Shown here: positions 31,154 through 41,327 of the stretch, one piece after another
How the letters are laid out: each line of letters starts with the position of its first letter
Position numbering within the stretch: the stretch's first letter is position 1
Assembly (NCBI GenBank): GCA_965223905.1
Contig: CBDCXV010000001.1
Coordinates: forward strand, 1,632,001 to 1,696,000
Length of the DNA: 64,000 nucleotides
Source: Candidatus Latescibacterota bacterium
GTDB lineage: Bacteria > Latescibacterota > UBA2968 > UBA8231
Reading direction: 5' to 3'
Position numbers and translations under genes: made by a program
The notes under the pieces: model-generated
What the model was told of the DNA's origin: nothing
Databases searched by the model: none
Seen by the model: the letters and a program-made list of their open reading frames with translations, nothing else

Positions 31154-33685
31154 CTACGTGCCCGGTACGCGGTGCGCCAGCCGCTGCAGGATCTCCCTGG
31201 CGTTGCTTTCGCCCGGATCGATTAGCAGGGCCCGGCGCAGCTCGACTCTGGCGGCCCTCCATTTCTCCTGCACAAGGGCGACCACCCCGAGAAGCATGTG
31301 GCGCCGAGCTTCGAAGCGCCGGTCGAGCCGTTTCGCCGTCTCCTCGTCGACGCCTGGGAGGTACGGAACTATGCTCGCCGTCAGTTGCGTTGAGACGCTG
31401 CGAAGCGCCGGCATGCCCCGGCTGGTCCCCTTGCGCTTGCGCTCGGAGAAACTGATGTAGGGACGGTCGTCGGTGTTCGTGGGACCGGTGCCCGCATAGG
31501 CGGCCAGCCCCGTCTCGCCGAGGGCGAGGGTGCTGAGCAGGGAGATCGCGTCTCCGAGGAAGACCTCGTCCAGCTGCCGGCTGATCGACGTTTCGCGCAG
31601 CCTGGCGTTCAGCTGTTCGACGTCGATGTGCAATCTCTCCGGGGTGGCCAGCATCACCGCGTAGCTTCGCGTCAGCCACAGGGAGGCGTGCGGGAACACG
31701 GTCCGGAAGGTGCGCAGGATCATCTTGAAATCCGCCACCGTGAGGCCGTGCAGGGGCAGCCACTGGGCGACGATCCCCCCGGGGTTCAGCCGTTGCCGGC
31801 ACAGCCGGTAGAACTCCTCCGTGTACAGCACCCAGCTGTCCGCGGTGCCGGGATGGGTGGCGTCGCCGATGAGGAGGTCGTACGTGCGCTCGCTGCGCAG
31901 CACGTGGTTGCGGCCGTCCTCGGGAATCAGCTCGAGAACCCCCTGCCCGAAACGCTCGTACACCTCGTTGTTGTGGTCGGCGAAGTGAATCCCCGCTTCC
32001 ACGACCGCGGGCACGACCTCGACGCAGTCGATGCGCCGGGGACCGTACCCCTCCACCGTGGCCAGGGTGATGCCGCCGCCGAAGGCGATGACGAGGACCT
32101 CCTCGGGGTCCGGGTGAACGACCATCGGCAGGGTTCCGAGCAGGCGGAAGGTCTGCAAGGAAGAGAAATCCGTCGGCACCTCTCCCCCGCCGTTGACCTT
32201 GAGTATGCGGTAGCCGCCGTCTGCGGCGTGGACGCTGACGGTGCCCGCGGCGTCTTCGTCGAAGTGGACCATGCGGGTGTTGCGGTGGCTCCAGGCCAGC
32301 ATCGCCTCCATCAGGTCCCCGGGAATCACCCCTTTCCACAGCAGGAAGAACCCCCCGGCCAGAACCAGGGGCACCAACTTGCGGCCCCGGCCCGCGGCAC
32401 TCCACAGGACGAGCACCAGACCGGCGGCGAGATTGATCAGCGCCAGAAACTCGAGCGAGCCCTGCGTGCCGAGCTGGGGAATGAGCACGAAGCCTGCCGC
32501 GAAGGCGCCGAAGATTGCCCCCGTCGTGTTGACTGCGTAGATGTCGCCGACCTCGGTACCGACCGCCCCGAGCCTCCGCACCCGGATCCTGCCGACGAGG
32601 GGAAACAGAAACCCCATCAGGAAGGTCGGGATGAACATCACCGCTGCCGCGGCGATGAACAGCATGGCGATGTGAGCCTCCCACACCGGCCTTGGGAAGG
32701 CGGCCATCAGCCTCGGCAGGCTGGCGACCGCCGCTACCGAAACGACGCCGAAAACCCCGAGAAGCAGTTCGACGACCCCGAAGGCGTACACCCTGTCGCG
32801 CAGGCGGTCGGCCCAGCGGGCCCCGGCCGCGGAACCCGCGGCGATTCCGGCCAGGAAGGTGACGACGATGGTGCTCAGGGTCTGCACCGTGGCGCTCGTC
32901 AGCGCCGTCTGCAGCAACCGGGTCCAGACCACCTCGTAGCCCAGTGCCGCAAACCCCGAAAGGGCGAACACCGCAGGAACAGCTATCTCCAGGCGCCGCG
33001 GAAGGGGATCGGCCGAAGACACGAGGTCCGGCTGGCCGGCAGCCTGCGGTTGACTCCCCGTTCCGGCGGCCCGCTCGATCAGCAAGGCCGCAGCGGCAAT
33101 GGCGAGATTGGCGGCCGCGGCCGCGAACACCGTTCCCCGCACCCCCAGGTGCTCCATCAGGAAAAAGGCCGCGGCGAAACACCCGAGCGCCGCACCGGCG
33201 GTGTTGATGCTGTAGAGGGACCCCAGTTGCCAGCCTGCCGCGGAGAGGTGGCGCACCGCGAAACGGCACAGCGCGGGCAGGGTACCGCCCATCAGGATCG
33301 TCGGTGGAAGCAGGACCAGGAAGCTCAGGGCGAAGCGCGCCAGCGCGAACAGCAGGGGCCGGCCCTCGAGCACCTGGTAAAGTGCCGTGTGCACGTCGTC
33401 GAGGCCGGCCAGAATCCACGGGAACGCCAGCGAGAAGAGACCGATGCCCAGTTCCAGGAGGGCGTAAATCCGCAGGCCGCGGCCGCGGCTGTCGGCGACG
33501 CGCCCGAACAGGGCGCTGCCCAGGGCCAAGCCGGCCATGAAGGCGGTCAGCACCGTGCTGACGGCAAAGACGCTGACTCCGAAGACGACGATCAGCATGC
33601 GCACCCAGACCACCTGGTACACGAGGGTGCAGGCCCCGGAGAGGAAGAAAAGGGCGGCGACCAGCAGCGGGGTGTTCCTGTTCAC
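31154..33685 (-). CDS. Fused MFS/spermidine-synthase-like membrane protein with terminal TPR-like repeat
   Basis: FFLSG...YQVVW, PTILMG, LYSINTAG repeats; methyltransferase-like EDGRN, LYTEEFY, QWLP, NTDDRP. Confidence 0.9.
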   Translation of the reverse strand: MNRNTPLLVAALFFLSGACTLVYQVVWVRMLIVVFGVSVFAVSTVLTAFMAGLALGSALFGRVADSRGRGLRIYALLELGIGLFSLAFPWILAGLDDVHTALYQVLEGRPLLFALARFALSFLVLLPPTILMGGTLPALCRFAVRHLSAAGWQLGSLYSINTAGAALGCFAAAFFLMEHLGVRGTVFAAAAANLAIAAAALLIERAAGTGSQPQAAGQPDLVSSADPLPRRLEIAVPAVFALSGFAALGYEVVWTRLLQTALTSATVQTLSTIVVTFLAGIAAGSAAGARWADRLRDRVYAFGVVELLLGVFGVVSVAAVASLPRLMAAFPRPVWEAHIAMLFIAAAAVMFIPTFLMGFLFPLVGRIRVRRLGAVGTEVGDIYAVNTTGAIFGAFAAGFVLIPQLGTQGSLEFLALINLAAGLVLVLWSAAGRGRKLVPLVLAGGFFLLWKGVIPGDLMEAMLAWSHRNTRMVHFDEDAAGTVSVHAADGGYRILKVNGGGEVPTDFSSLQTFRLLGTLPMVVHPDPEEVLVIAFGGGITLATVEGYGPRRIDCVEVVPAVVEAGIHFADHNNEVYERFGQGVLELIPEDGRNHVLRSERTYDLLIGDATHPGTADSWVLYTEEFYRLCRQRLNPGGIVAQWLPLHGLTVADFKMILRTFRTVFPHASLWLTRSYAVMLATPERLHIDVEQLNARLRETSISRQLDEVFLGDAISLLSTLALGETGLAAYAGTGPTNTDDRPYISFSERKRKGTSRGMPALRSVSTQLTASIVPYLPGVDEETAKRLDRRFEARRHMLLGVVALVQEKWRAARVELRRALLIDPGESNAREILQRLAHRVPGT

Positions 33686-34308
33686 CGGCTGTTCCTAATT
33701 CCGCGCAGGTTCGGGGAGCGGGCGGTGCGGCGATCCGCGGCTTCGGGGGTCCGGTGCCGTTCGCCGAGGTGGCGGCATGGCCCCCGTCGAACTATCCGGC
33801 GTCGAGGAGGAAGGCGAGAACGGCGATGGCGTGCCGGCTATTCACCACGTGCAGCGTCGATCGGCGTCAATTCCCAGCGAGCTTCCGTGGCGTCCCTTCA
33901 TTCGGTCCCGGCAGTCCCATCGAAAGTAACCATTGCGACGGGGGTGGGCTAAAGCGTTCGAAGCCGGCAAATTCTTGCCCGAACCCCCCGCAACCCCTTT
34001 CGTACGGCCCGAACTCGCAGGGCGCGTACCGGCGATCGGCTGACGAACATCGTTCGGGCCGCGGCCGCGAATCCCCGCGCAGCATCCGCTTCTTCATCCG
34101 GCTCTCGGCACCGCGGCCCGGAAGCCCCGCCCCAGATGAATCTTCTCCGCCTCACTCTCTTCTCTCATTTGCCGCTCCGGGTTCGCCGGGCTCATATGGG
34201 AGCCGATCTGCGCAGCTGTGGGCGGGGTTCGGCGCGATCTGGGGGACCTATCGGAGGCAGAAGCCCTGCTTTTGCGCTTCCTTGGGAGCGCATCGCGAAG
34301 GTAGAAAC

Positions 34309-35847
34309 GTGACACGTCTCCCGATCACCTTGTGCGCCTTCCTCGGTCTCGCCGGGACCCTGGCGGCCCCGGCCGCCGTGGAAGGGCGGCCGCGGATGCT
34401 GCGGGGCGCCGCGGTCACCGACGCCCTGGTCTCGGCCGCGGCGGGAGATTCGGTGCGCTTCGACAGCGCCCTGGTGCGCGGACGCGTCTTCGCAGCGGCC
34501 GACACCATCAGGGGCAGAATACTGTTCCGCGCGGTTCGGTTCCTCGGCGGCTTCGCGCTCGACGGGGTGGCGTTCTCTGGCCCGGTCCTGTTCGAAGACT
34601 GCGAGTTCCGCCAGGGAGCTTCCTTTCTCGAGTCCAGGTTCGAGCAACCGGCCCTGTTCCGGCGCTGCAGCTTCGGGAAGCACACCAGCTTCAACAAGGC
34701 GGTTCTCAGCGGCGCCGACTTCGAGCTCAGCCGGTTCTCCGGCCCGGCGACCTTCATCGACACCCGCTTCGAAGGCGACGTCTGCTTCGACCACGCGCAG
34801 TTCCAGGACGTCTATTTCGACCGCTCGAGGTTCGCTGCTTCCGGGAGCTTCACCGACGCCGTTATCGAGCTCGAGGCCTCGTTCAAGGAGACCGTCTTCG
34901 CGGATGCGGTCTTCGCGGGGACCCGTTTCGGCGAGGAGACGCTGTTCCGCAACAGCCGCTTCGAAGGCCCGGCTCGCTTCGACAGGGCGCGCTTCAGGCG
35001 CCGCGTGTATTTCAACGGCGCCGACTTTGCCGGCCACGCCTCGTTCCGCGACATAACCTTCGTTCGCGGGGGCGTGTTCTCCGGGGCCCGCTTCGCCGGC
35101 GGCGCCTCCTTCGCCGGCAGCCGCTTTCGCGCCGACCTCGACCTGTCCGGCGCCACCGCGGACGCCCAGGTCTCCCTGAACGCCGCCTTTGCCGGCGACC
35201 TGATCCTGCACGACAGCTCTCTCTCCACCCTCGATCTCGCCGGCTATTCGGCCGTGGAGAATGCCGATTCGGCGGCCGCGGCCTCCCCGCGGGTGTTCCT
35301 CGAGGGGGCCCGCTTCGACAACCTGCGGCTGTCCTGGGGGAATCTCCGCGGCCGCATCGCCGCCCGCGACAGCACCCAGGTCGCCCCCCTGGCGGAGCAG
35401 TACGCCGGGGTGGCCCACCACCTCAGGAAGCGGGGACTCGAGCGCGAGGCCGACGCGGCCATGGCCGAATGGACGGACCGCCTGCGCACGAGCCTCGGCT
35501 GGACCTCGCCGCGCCGCTACCTGCTCGAGCTGCTCAACGCGACGTCGCGCTACGGCAACAGCCTGGGCCGGCTGGCCGCAACCGGGATCGCCCTGCTGCT
35601 CCTGTTCACCCTCCTGTACTGGTCCGGGCGCCGACGACTGGTCGCGAACTCCGGCACCGGAACCGCCGGGATCGCCGACTGCTTTTTCCTGAGCCTGGCG
35701 GCGTTCGCCCATCTCGGGGGCGCATCGCGGTGGGGGGCAAGCGGAGGCATCCGGCTGCTGCAGCTGCTGGAAGGCCTGGTCGGCTGGCTGTACTGGGCCG
35801 CTCTGGTCGCCGTCGGCCTGCGTCTCCTGTTGCGGGGGTTCGTCTGA
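34309..35847 (+). CDS. Pentapeptide-repeat protein with C-terminal ion-channel-like membrane domain
   Basis: A/S-x-F-x-x repeats, TSRYGNS, TM-pore-TM ending LLEGLVG; hydrophobic N-terminus. Confidence 0.8.
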   Translation: MTRLPITLCAFLGLAGTLAAPAAVEGRPRMLRGAAVTDALVSAAAGDSVRFDSALVRGRVFAAADTIRGRILFRAVRFLGGFALDGVAFSGPVLFEDCEFRQGASFLESRFEQPALFRRCSFGKHTSFNKAVLSGADFELSRFSGPATFIDTRFEGDVCFDHAQFQDVYFDRSRFAASGSFTDAVIELEASFKETVFADAVFAGTRFGEETLFRNSRFEGPARFDRARFRRRVYFNGADFAGHASFRDITFVRGGVFSGARFAGGASFAGSRFRADLDLSGATADAQVSLNAAFAGDLILHDSSLSTLDLAGYSAVENADSAAAASPRVFLEGARFDNLRLSWGNLRGRIAARDSTQVAPLAEQYAGVAHHLRKRGLEREADAAMAEWTDRLRTSLGWTSPRRYLLELLNATSRYGNSLGRLAATGIALLLLFTLLYWSGRRRLVANSGTGTAGIADCFFLSLAAFAHLGGASRWGASGGIRLLQLLEGLVGWLYWAALVAVGLRLLLRGFV

Positions 35848-35867
35848 AATTCCCCACCCTTCCGCGC

Positions 35868-37553
35868 ATGGTCCGACACTCCCCATGCTGGGCGCTGCTG
35901 GGCCCCATTCTCGCCCTGGCCGCATGCAGCGGAGGAGAGCCGCCTGAACCTGTCGCGGTGACGTTCCGGGACGCCCAAGTCGAGGCCGGCCTCGACTTCG
36001 TGCACTTCAACGGTTTCTCCGGGGACTACTACTACTACGAGACCTTCGGCTCGGGGGCGGCCTTCTTCGATTTCGACGCCGACGGCTGGCTCGACGTCTA
36101 CCTCGTCAACGGCTCGGCGCTGACCGACACGGTGCCGGCCAGCCCCCCGGTGAACCGGCTCTACCGCAACCGGTCGGGCGGCGGCCCGGACGACCCCGGT
36201 GCGGAGCCACCGCTCCGCTTCGCCGACGTAACCAAGGGATCCGGGGCAGACGACCGCGGCTACGGCATGGGAGTCGCCGCCGCGGACGCCGACAACGACG
36301 GCGACCAGGACCTCTACGTCACCAATGCCGGCGGCAACCGCCTGCTGCTCAACGACGGCGGGTCGGGCCGCTTCGACGACGTCACCGCCGAGTCCGGGGT
36401 CGGCGACCCCCGCTGGGGCACGGCCTGCGCCTTCCTCGACTACGACGGCGACGGCGATCTCGACCTTTTCGTCGTCAACTACGTCGACTTCGACATGTGG
36501 GAGAATCCCGTCTGCAAGAAGGGGAAGCACCGGTCGTACTGCGAGCCGGAGACCTACGACCCGGTCGAGGACCTCCTTTACCGGAACGACGGCGGCCGCT
36601 TCACCGACGTCACCCGCGCCAGCGGCATCACCCTGGCGGGCCGCGGTCTGGGGGTGGCGCTGTCGGACTACGACCTCGACGGGGACACCGACCTCTACGT
36701 CGCCAACGATGGCACCATGAACTTCCTCTACGAGAACCAGCCCGGAGGCTTCGTCGAGGTCGGGCTGTATGCGGGGGGCCGTTACAACCGGGACGGACTC
36801 GCCGAAGCGGGGATGGGCGTCGACTTCGGCGACGTGCAGAACGACGGCAGGCAGGACCTGTTCGTCACCAACTTCACCAATGAAACCAATACCCTCTACG
36901 TCAACGACGGCCAGGGGGAGCTGCACGACCTGACCGAGCGTTTCGGCCTCACCGGCCCGTCCCTGAAGCCGCTCGGGTTCGGCACCCGGTTTCTCGACTA
37001 CGACAACGACGGCTTTCTCGACCTCTTCGTCGCCAACGGCCATGTCATGGACATCATCGCCGAGGTCGAACCGGAGCTCAGTTACCCGCAGCCCAACCAG
37101 GTGTTCCGCAACCTCGCAGGCCGCGGTTTCGCCGAAACCTCGGCTCAGCTCGGGACCGGGCTCGAGGTGGTCGCCGTCAGCCGCGCCGCCGCGGCCGCTG
37201 ACTGCGACAACGACGGCGACCAGGACCTGCTGGTGACCAACGTCTCCGGAAGGCCGACCCTGCTGAGAAACGACGGGGGCAACCGCAACAACTGGCTTCT
37301 TGTCGAGCTCGTCGGTGCCGGGCACGGCGACGCCCTCGGGGCGCGCGTGACGGTCACCGCAGGAGGCCTGCGCATGCTGCGCGAGCGGCAGTCGGGGGCC
37401 AGCTACCTCTCCAGCCACGACCCGCGCCTGCACTTCGGCCTCGGGCGGGCGGAACGCGCCCGCGTCGAGATCGTCTGGCCCGGCGGGCTCCGCCAGGTTC
37501 TCGAAGGCGTGCCGGCCAACCGCATCCTGCGCGTTAGGGAAGAGCAAGACTGA
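35868..37553 (+). CDS. CRTAC1-family FG-GAP/ASPIC-UnbV lipoprotein
   Basis: LAAC lipobox, many DxDxDGxxDL repeats, SYLSSHDPRLHFGLG. Confidence 0.93.
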   Translation: MVRHSPCWALLGPILALAACSGGEPPEPVAVTFRDAQVEAGLDFVHFNGFSGDYYYYETFGSGAAFFDFDADGWLDVYLVNGSALTDTVPASPPVNRLYRNRSGGGPDDPGAEPPLRFADVTKGSGADDRGYGMGVAAADADNDGDQDLYVTNAGGNRLLLNDGGSGRFDDVTAESGVGDPRWGTACAFLDYDGDGDLDLFVVNYVDFDMWENPVCKKGKHRSYCEPETYDPVEDLLYRNDGGRFTDVTRASGITLAGRGLGVALSDYDLDGDTDLYVANDGTMNFLYENQPGGFVEVGLYAGGRYNRDGLAEAGMGVDFGDVQNDGRQDLFVTNFTNETNTLYVNDGQGELHDLTERFGLTGPSLKPLGFGTRFLDYDNDGFLDLFVANGHVMDIIAEVEPELSYPQPNQVFRNLAGRGFAETSAQLGTGLEVVAVSRAAAAADCDNDGDQDLLVTNVSGRPTLLRNDGGNRNNWLLVELVGAGHGDALGARVTVTAGGLRMLRERQSGASYLSSHDPRLHFGLGRAERARVEIVWPGGLRQVLEGVPANRILRVREEQD

Positions 37554-37554
37554 G

Positions 37555-37934
37555 GTGAGGTCGCCGTTCAGTCTCACCGGTCTCGGCCTCGGCACCGGGT
37601 TGAGCCTCGCCGTCGGACTGCTGGCCCCGTACGGGCTCATGCTGCGCTACTGGCGCATGGGGTTCAACCCCTCTTCTCAGGGGGCCATCTTCCTCTTCTT
37701 CATCCTCGTCTTCGCCGTCAACGGGCTGGTGAGCCTGATCGCTCGCCGCTTCGAGCTGTCGCGCGCCGACCTCGTGCTCGTCTACAGCATGCTGCTGATG
37801 GCCGTAACCTGCCGACCTGGGGGCTGATGTTCTTCCTGATCGGCACCATGGTCTTCCCCTACTACTACGCCACCACCGAAAACCGCTACGCCGAGCTCTT
37901 CCACGACCTCATCCCCTCCTGGATGGTGCCCCAG
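37555..37934 (+). pseudogene. 5' fragment of a second DUF6785 membrane protein
   Basis: LSRADLVLVYSML, frameshift, PYYYATTENRY...PSWMVPQ then abrupt loss. Confidence 0.75.
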
Positions 37935-38249
37935 CCAGAGAAAGCTCCGGTAGAGACCGGCGAGGCCCTGGTCGCTGACCAGCAGGAGGTTGTCGCCTGC
38001 GGCTGCCTCGTTGTTGGGGACCCTGTTGAAGAGCTGCTCCCAGGCGACGTCGGGCGTCAGCACGAGGCCGGACTGGCGGGCGAAGGAAGTGCCCGCGGCG
38101 TGGCAGCCGGCGCAGTTGGCCGCGAGGATGTCGTCGCGGATGATCTTCCAGGTCGAGACTTCCCCGGGAGAGGGGGGCGGCTCGCCGCCGCAGCCGGCCA
38201 GCGCCAGGCAGAGGGCGAGCGCCCCGAAGGACCCGGGAAGCGGGCGCAT
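37935..38249 (-). pseudogene. 5' fragment of a lipoprotein with a CxxCH heme c motif
   Basis: LAGC lipobox, NCAGCH, ...SFLW, then fused head-on to the DUF6785 fragment. Confidence 0.7.
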
Positions 38250-38352
38250 CCCGGGAACGCACCGCAGGGGATCCGGGCCTCCCCTCGGCGGCCCCCCATG
38301 CTGCGCGGCGCCGGGGCGGAGGAGCTGCCTCCCGGCCGGTTTCCCAGCGCCC

Positions 38353-39150
38353 TCAGAAATCCCGCGTGAAGCCGCATGTCCAGCCGCCGTCGACGACGAC
38401 GGTATGGCCGTTGATGTAGGAAGCCATGTCCGAGGCGAGAAACAGCGCCGCGTTGGCGATGTCCTCCACCTGGCCGGGGCGGCCGCTCGGCACGAACGAG
38501 AGCAGCTGCCTGCCCTTCTCGTTGTAGCTGCCGTCGGCGCGGTAGAACAGGGTGCGGGTGGCGTCGGTCACCGTCGATCCGGGAGCAATTGCGTTGACGC
38601 GGATGCCGTGATGCCCCAGCTCGAGGGCCATCGCCTCGGCGAGGCTGATCACCGCGGCCTTGCCGACGACGTGGCCGATCTGGTTGCGGATCGGCACCAT
38701 GCCGGCGATCGAGGCGATGTTGATGATCGACCCCGACTTCTGCTCGATCATCCGCAGGGCGGCGTACTTGGAGCAGTAGTAGGTGCCGTTGATGTCGACG
38801 TCCATCATCCTGACGAAGAGATCGTCGTCGTATTCCTCAACGGTGCGGCGCTCCCCGGGCTTCGACGGGTTGTAGGCGGCGTTGTTGACGAGGATGTCGA
38901 TGCTGCCGGCCCTCGCCGCGGCATGGTCGATCATCCCCCGCACCTCGTCGAGGCGGCTGATGTCGCAGTGCACGTACGAGGCCGCGTCCCCGAGCCCGGC
39001 GGCCGTCTCCTCCCCGAGATCGTCGAGGATGTCGCCGATGACGACGGTGGCCCCGTGGGCGACGAAGTCCTCGGCGATCTTCTTGCCGATGCCGCGCGCT
39101 GCCCCGGTGATTACGGCGGCGCGCCCCTGCAGGTCGAGTCTGTTGTCCAC
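38353..39150 (-). CDS. SDR-family oxidoreductase
   Basis: TGAARGIG, LVNNA, IASIAG, HVVGK at the YxxxK position, VNAIAPG, VDGG. Confidence 0.92.
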   Translation of the reverse strand: MDNRLDLQGRAAVITGAARGIGKKIAEDFVAHGATVVIGDILDDLGEETAAGLGDAASYVHCDISRLDEVRGMIDHAAARAGSIDILVNNAAYNPSKPGERRTVEEYDDDLFVRMMDVDINGTYYCSKYAALRMIEQKSGSIINIASIAGMVPIRNQIGHVVGKAAVISLAEAMALELGHHGIRVNAIAPGSTVTDATRTLFYRADGSYNEKGRQLLSFVPSGRPGQVEDIANAALFLASDMASYINGHTVVVDGGWTCGFTRDF

Positions 39151-39249
39151 GATCTTCTCTCCTGAATTGGCGGCTTTCCAGAAGCCGCGCCTCTTTTTGG
39201 ACTCCCCACAATATGCACCATATTTCCGCCCTCCTGGCAAGGAGAAACC

Positions 39250-40047
39250 ATGCTGACACCAGAGCAGAAACGGTATTTCGAGACCTTCGGTTTCCTCGTC
39301 CTGCGCCGGGTGTTCGAAACCCGCGAGATCGACGAGCTGCGCCGCGAGTCGGAGCGCATGCTGACGGCCAACCGCCAAGGGCGGCCGTTCAACGGCAAGA
39401 GGCGGCAGGCGATGATCCCCTTCTTCGAGTACAGCCCCCGCCTGCGCGACTTCATCGAGGACGACCGCATCTGGGGAATCGGGGAGGACCTGCTTGGGCC
39501 GGAGTTCCATTTGAACGCAACCGAGGGCAACCTGCACGTCGGCGACACCAGGTGGCACGGCGGGAGGCCGGAGCCGGACCCGCTGGCCTCGATCAAGATC
39601 GCATTCTACCTCGAGCCGACCACCCGGGACACCGGCGCGGTCCGCCTGATCCCGGGCTCGAACAACCCGGAGTACAGGCGTCATCTCCAGGTCCTCAACG
39701 AGCAGGGGGAGAACCCTTCGAAGCAGCCGCTCGGGGTCTCGGGGCCCGACTTGCCCTGCCACGTCGCCGAAACCGAGCCGGGCGACCTCGTCATCTTCCC
39801 GGAGAGCACCTGGCACGGCGCCTTCGGCGGCGCCCCCGGGCGCAGCCAGCACGCCATCAACTTCATGAAGAACCCGGAGACCGGGGAGGAGCGCGCCTAC
39901 CTCAGGAGCAACTACGAGAGCTGGCTCTACTCCCTGCACCCGGTACCCGAGCTGATCGAGAGCGACCGCCCGCGGCTGCGCAAGCTCGCCGCACCCCTGG
40001 TGGAGATGGGGTTCGGACCGCCGGCGCCCACCCCCATCTTCGAATAA
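39250..40047 (+). CDS. PhyH-family Fe/2OG enzyme with HxG motif
   Basis: FETFGFLV, WHGG, IAFYL, LIPGS, PGDLVIF, WHG...R. Confidence 0.85.
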   Translation: MLTPEQKRYFETFGFLVLRRVFETREIDELRRESERMLTANRQGRPFNGKRRQAMIPFFEYSPRLRDFIEDDRIWGIGEDLLGPEFHLNATEGNLHVGDTRWHGGRPEPDPLASIKIAFYLEPTTRDTGAVRLIPGSNNPEYRRHLQVLNEQGENPSKQPLGVSGPDLPCHVAETEPGDLVIFPESTWHGAFGGAPGRSQHAINFMKNPETGEERAYLRSNYESWLYSLHPVPELIESDRPRLRKLAAPLVEMGFGPPAPTPIFE

Positions 40048-40064
40048 CCCATGGAGCCATCGAA

Positions 40065-41327
40065 ATGAAAATCACCGATATCGAAGCGATTCCCCTGCGC
40101 CTGCCGTACGAGGCCCGCATCCGCAAGTGCTACCACCACTTCTCCATGAAGGAGGAGGTGACGGTCTACAAGTTCCACACCGACGCCGGTCTCACCGGCC
40201 TCGGAGAGAACCCCGGCCCGCCGTTCGACCAGAACGCGCTCGATCCCTACCTCGGCAGCGACCCCTTCGACCACGTGATGAGCACCGGCCCCTTCAATCT
40301 CGACATGGCCTGCTACGACCTCATGGGCAAGCACCTCGGCATCCCGGCCTGGAAGCTGCTCGGGCAGCAGCGGCGCCGGTGGGTGACCATGGGCTGGTGG
40401 ATGCCCTGCATGTCCCCGGAGGATTCGGCCGCCGAAGTGGAGGAGGCCGCGGCGCGCGGCTACCGGGGCCTCAAGTGCAAGGCGCGCGCCTTCTACGACG
40501 TCGTCGAGCAGGCGCAGGCGATGCAGGGGGCCGCGCCCCCGGATTTCCGCGTCGAGTTCGACTTCAACGGCGCCCTGATCAACGTCGAGAAGGCCCTGCC
40601 GATCCTGCGGGAGTTGGAGAACATCCCGGTGGTCAAGGGGGTGGAGGAGCCGATCTTCGCCCACGACCTCGAGGGCTGGCGGCGGCTCCACCGGCAGATA
40701 CGCATCCCCTTCTACCTGCACGGGGTCGGCACCGTTCTCGACGGGCCCTCGCGGCAGCCGTCGGGACCCTGGCTCGGCCTGCGCGCCGGCGACTTCGACG
40801 GCGCCCTCTGCAGCCACGAGAACATCCGCAACGCCATGGCCGCCTCCTGGACCTTCGCCTCGGCCAACACCCCGATCCTGCTGCAGTACGTCGGCACCGG
40901 CATCACCGCGGCCTTCGCCTGCCAGCTCGGCGCCGTCATGCACACGGCGATGCTGCCCGGCGTGACCGCCAGCCACTCCTACGAGGACGACCTGATCACC
41001 GAGGCGCACACCGTGCAGCGCGGCTTCATGAAGGTGCCGGAGGGTCCCGGTCTCGGGGTCGAGCTCGACGAGGACGCGGTCGCGCGCTACCGCCACATCC
41101 CGGTCCCGGAATGGCCGCGCTGGATCTCGGTGGTCTCCTTCCCCGGCGGCCTCCAGCATTACTACCGGGACCTGCGCCAGGCCGAGGGGCTGATGAAGTT
41201 CGGCGACGACGAGGCCTTCGCCCCGGGAGTGCGGCTCGACGAGTGGGAGGACGACGGCAGCGAGGCCTTCGACCGCACCTGGAGGCAGCTTCGCGAGCGG
41301 GACGAGCCGATCTGGGAACCGGAGTAG
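40065..41327 (+). CDS. Mandelate racemase/muconate lactonizing enzyme family protein
   Basis: MKITDIE, TDAGLTGLGE, KCK, FDFN, VEEP, PEGPGLGVELD. Confidence 0.92.
   Translation: MKITDIEAIPLRLPYEARIRKCYHHFSMKEEVTVYKFHTDAGLTGLGENPGPPFDQNALDPYLGSDPFDHVMSTGPFNLDMACYDLMGKHLGIPAWKLLGQQRRRWVTMGWWMPCMSPEDSAAEVEEAAARGYRGLKCKARAFYDVVEQAQAMQGAAPPDFRVEFDFNGALINVEKALPILRELENIPVVKGVEEPIFAHDLEGWRRLHRQIRIPFYLHGVGTVLDGPSRQPSGPWLGLRAGDFDGALCSHENIRNAMAASWTFASANTPILLQYVGTGITAAFACQLGAVMHTAMLPGVTASHSYEDDLITEAHTVQRGFMKVPEGPGLGVELDEDAVARYRHIPVPEWPRWISVVSFPGGLQHYYRDLRQAEGLMKFGDDEAFAPGVRLDEWEDDGSEAFDRTWRQLRERDEPIWEPE

Noticed and set aside
29706-33419. 1237-aa minus-strand ORF
   Set aside because: Arg/Gly/Pro-rich alternative frame in high-GC DNA overlapping real genes.
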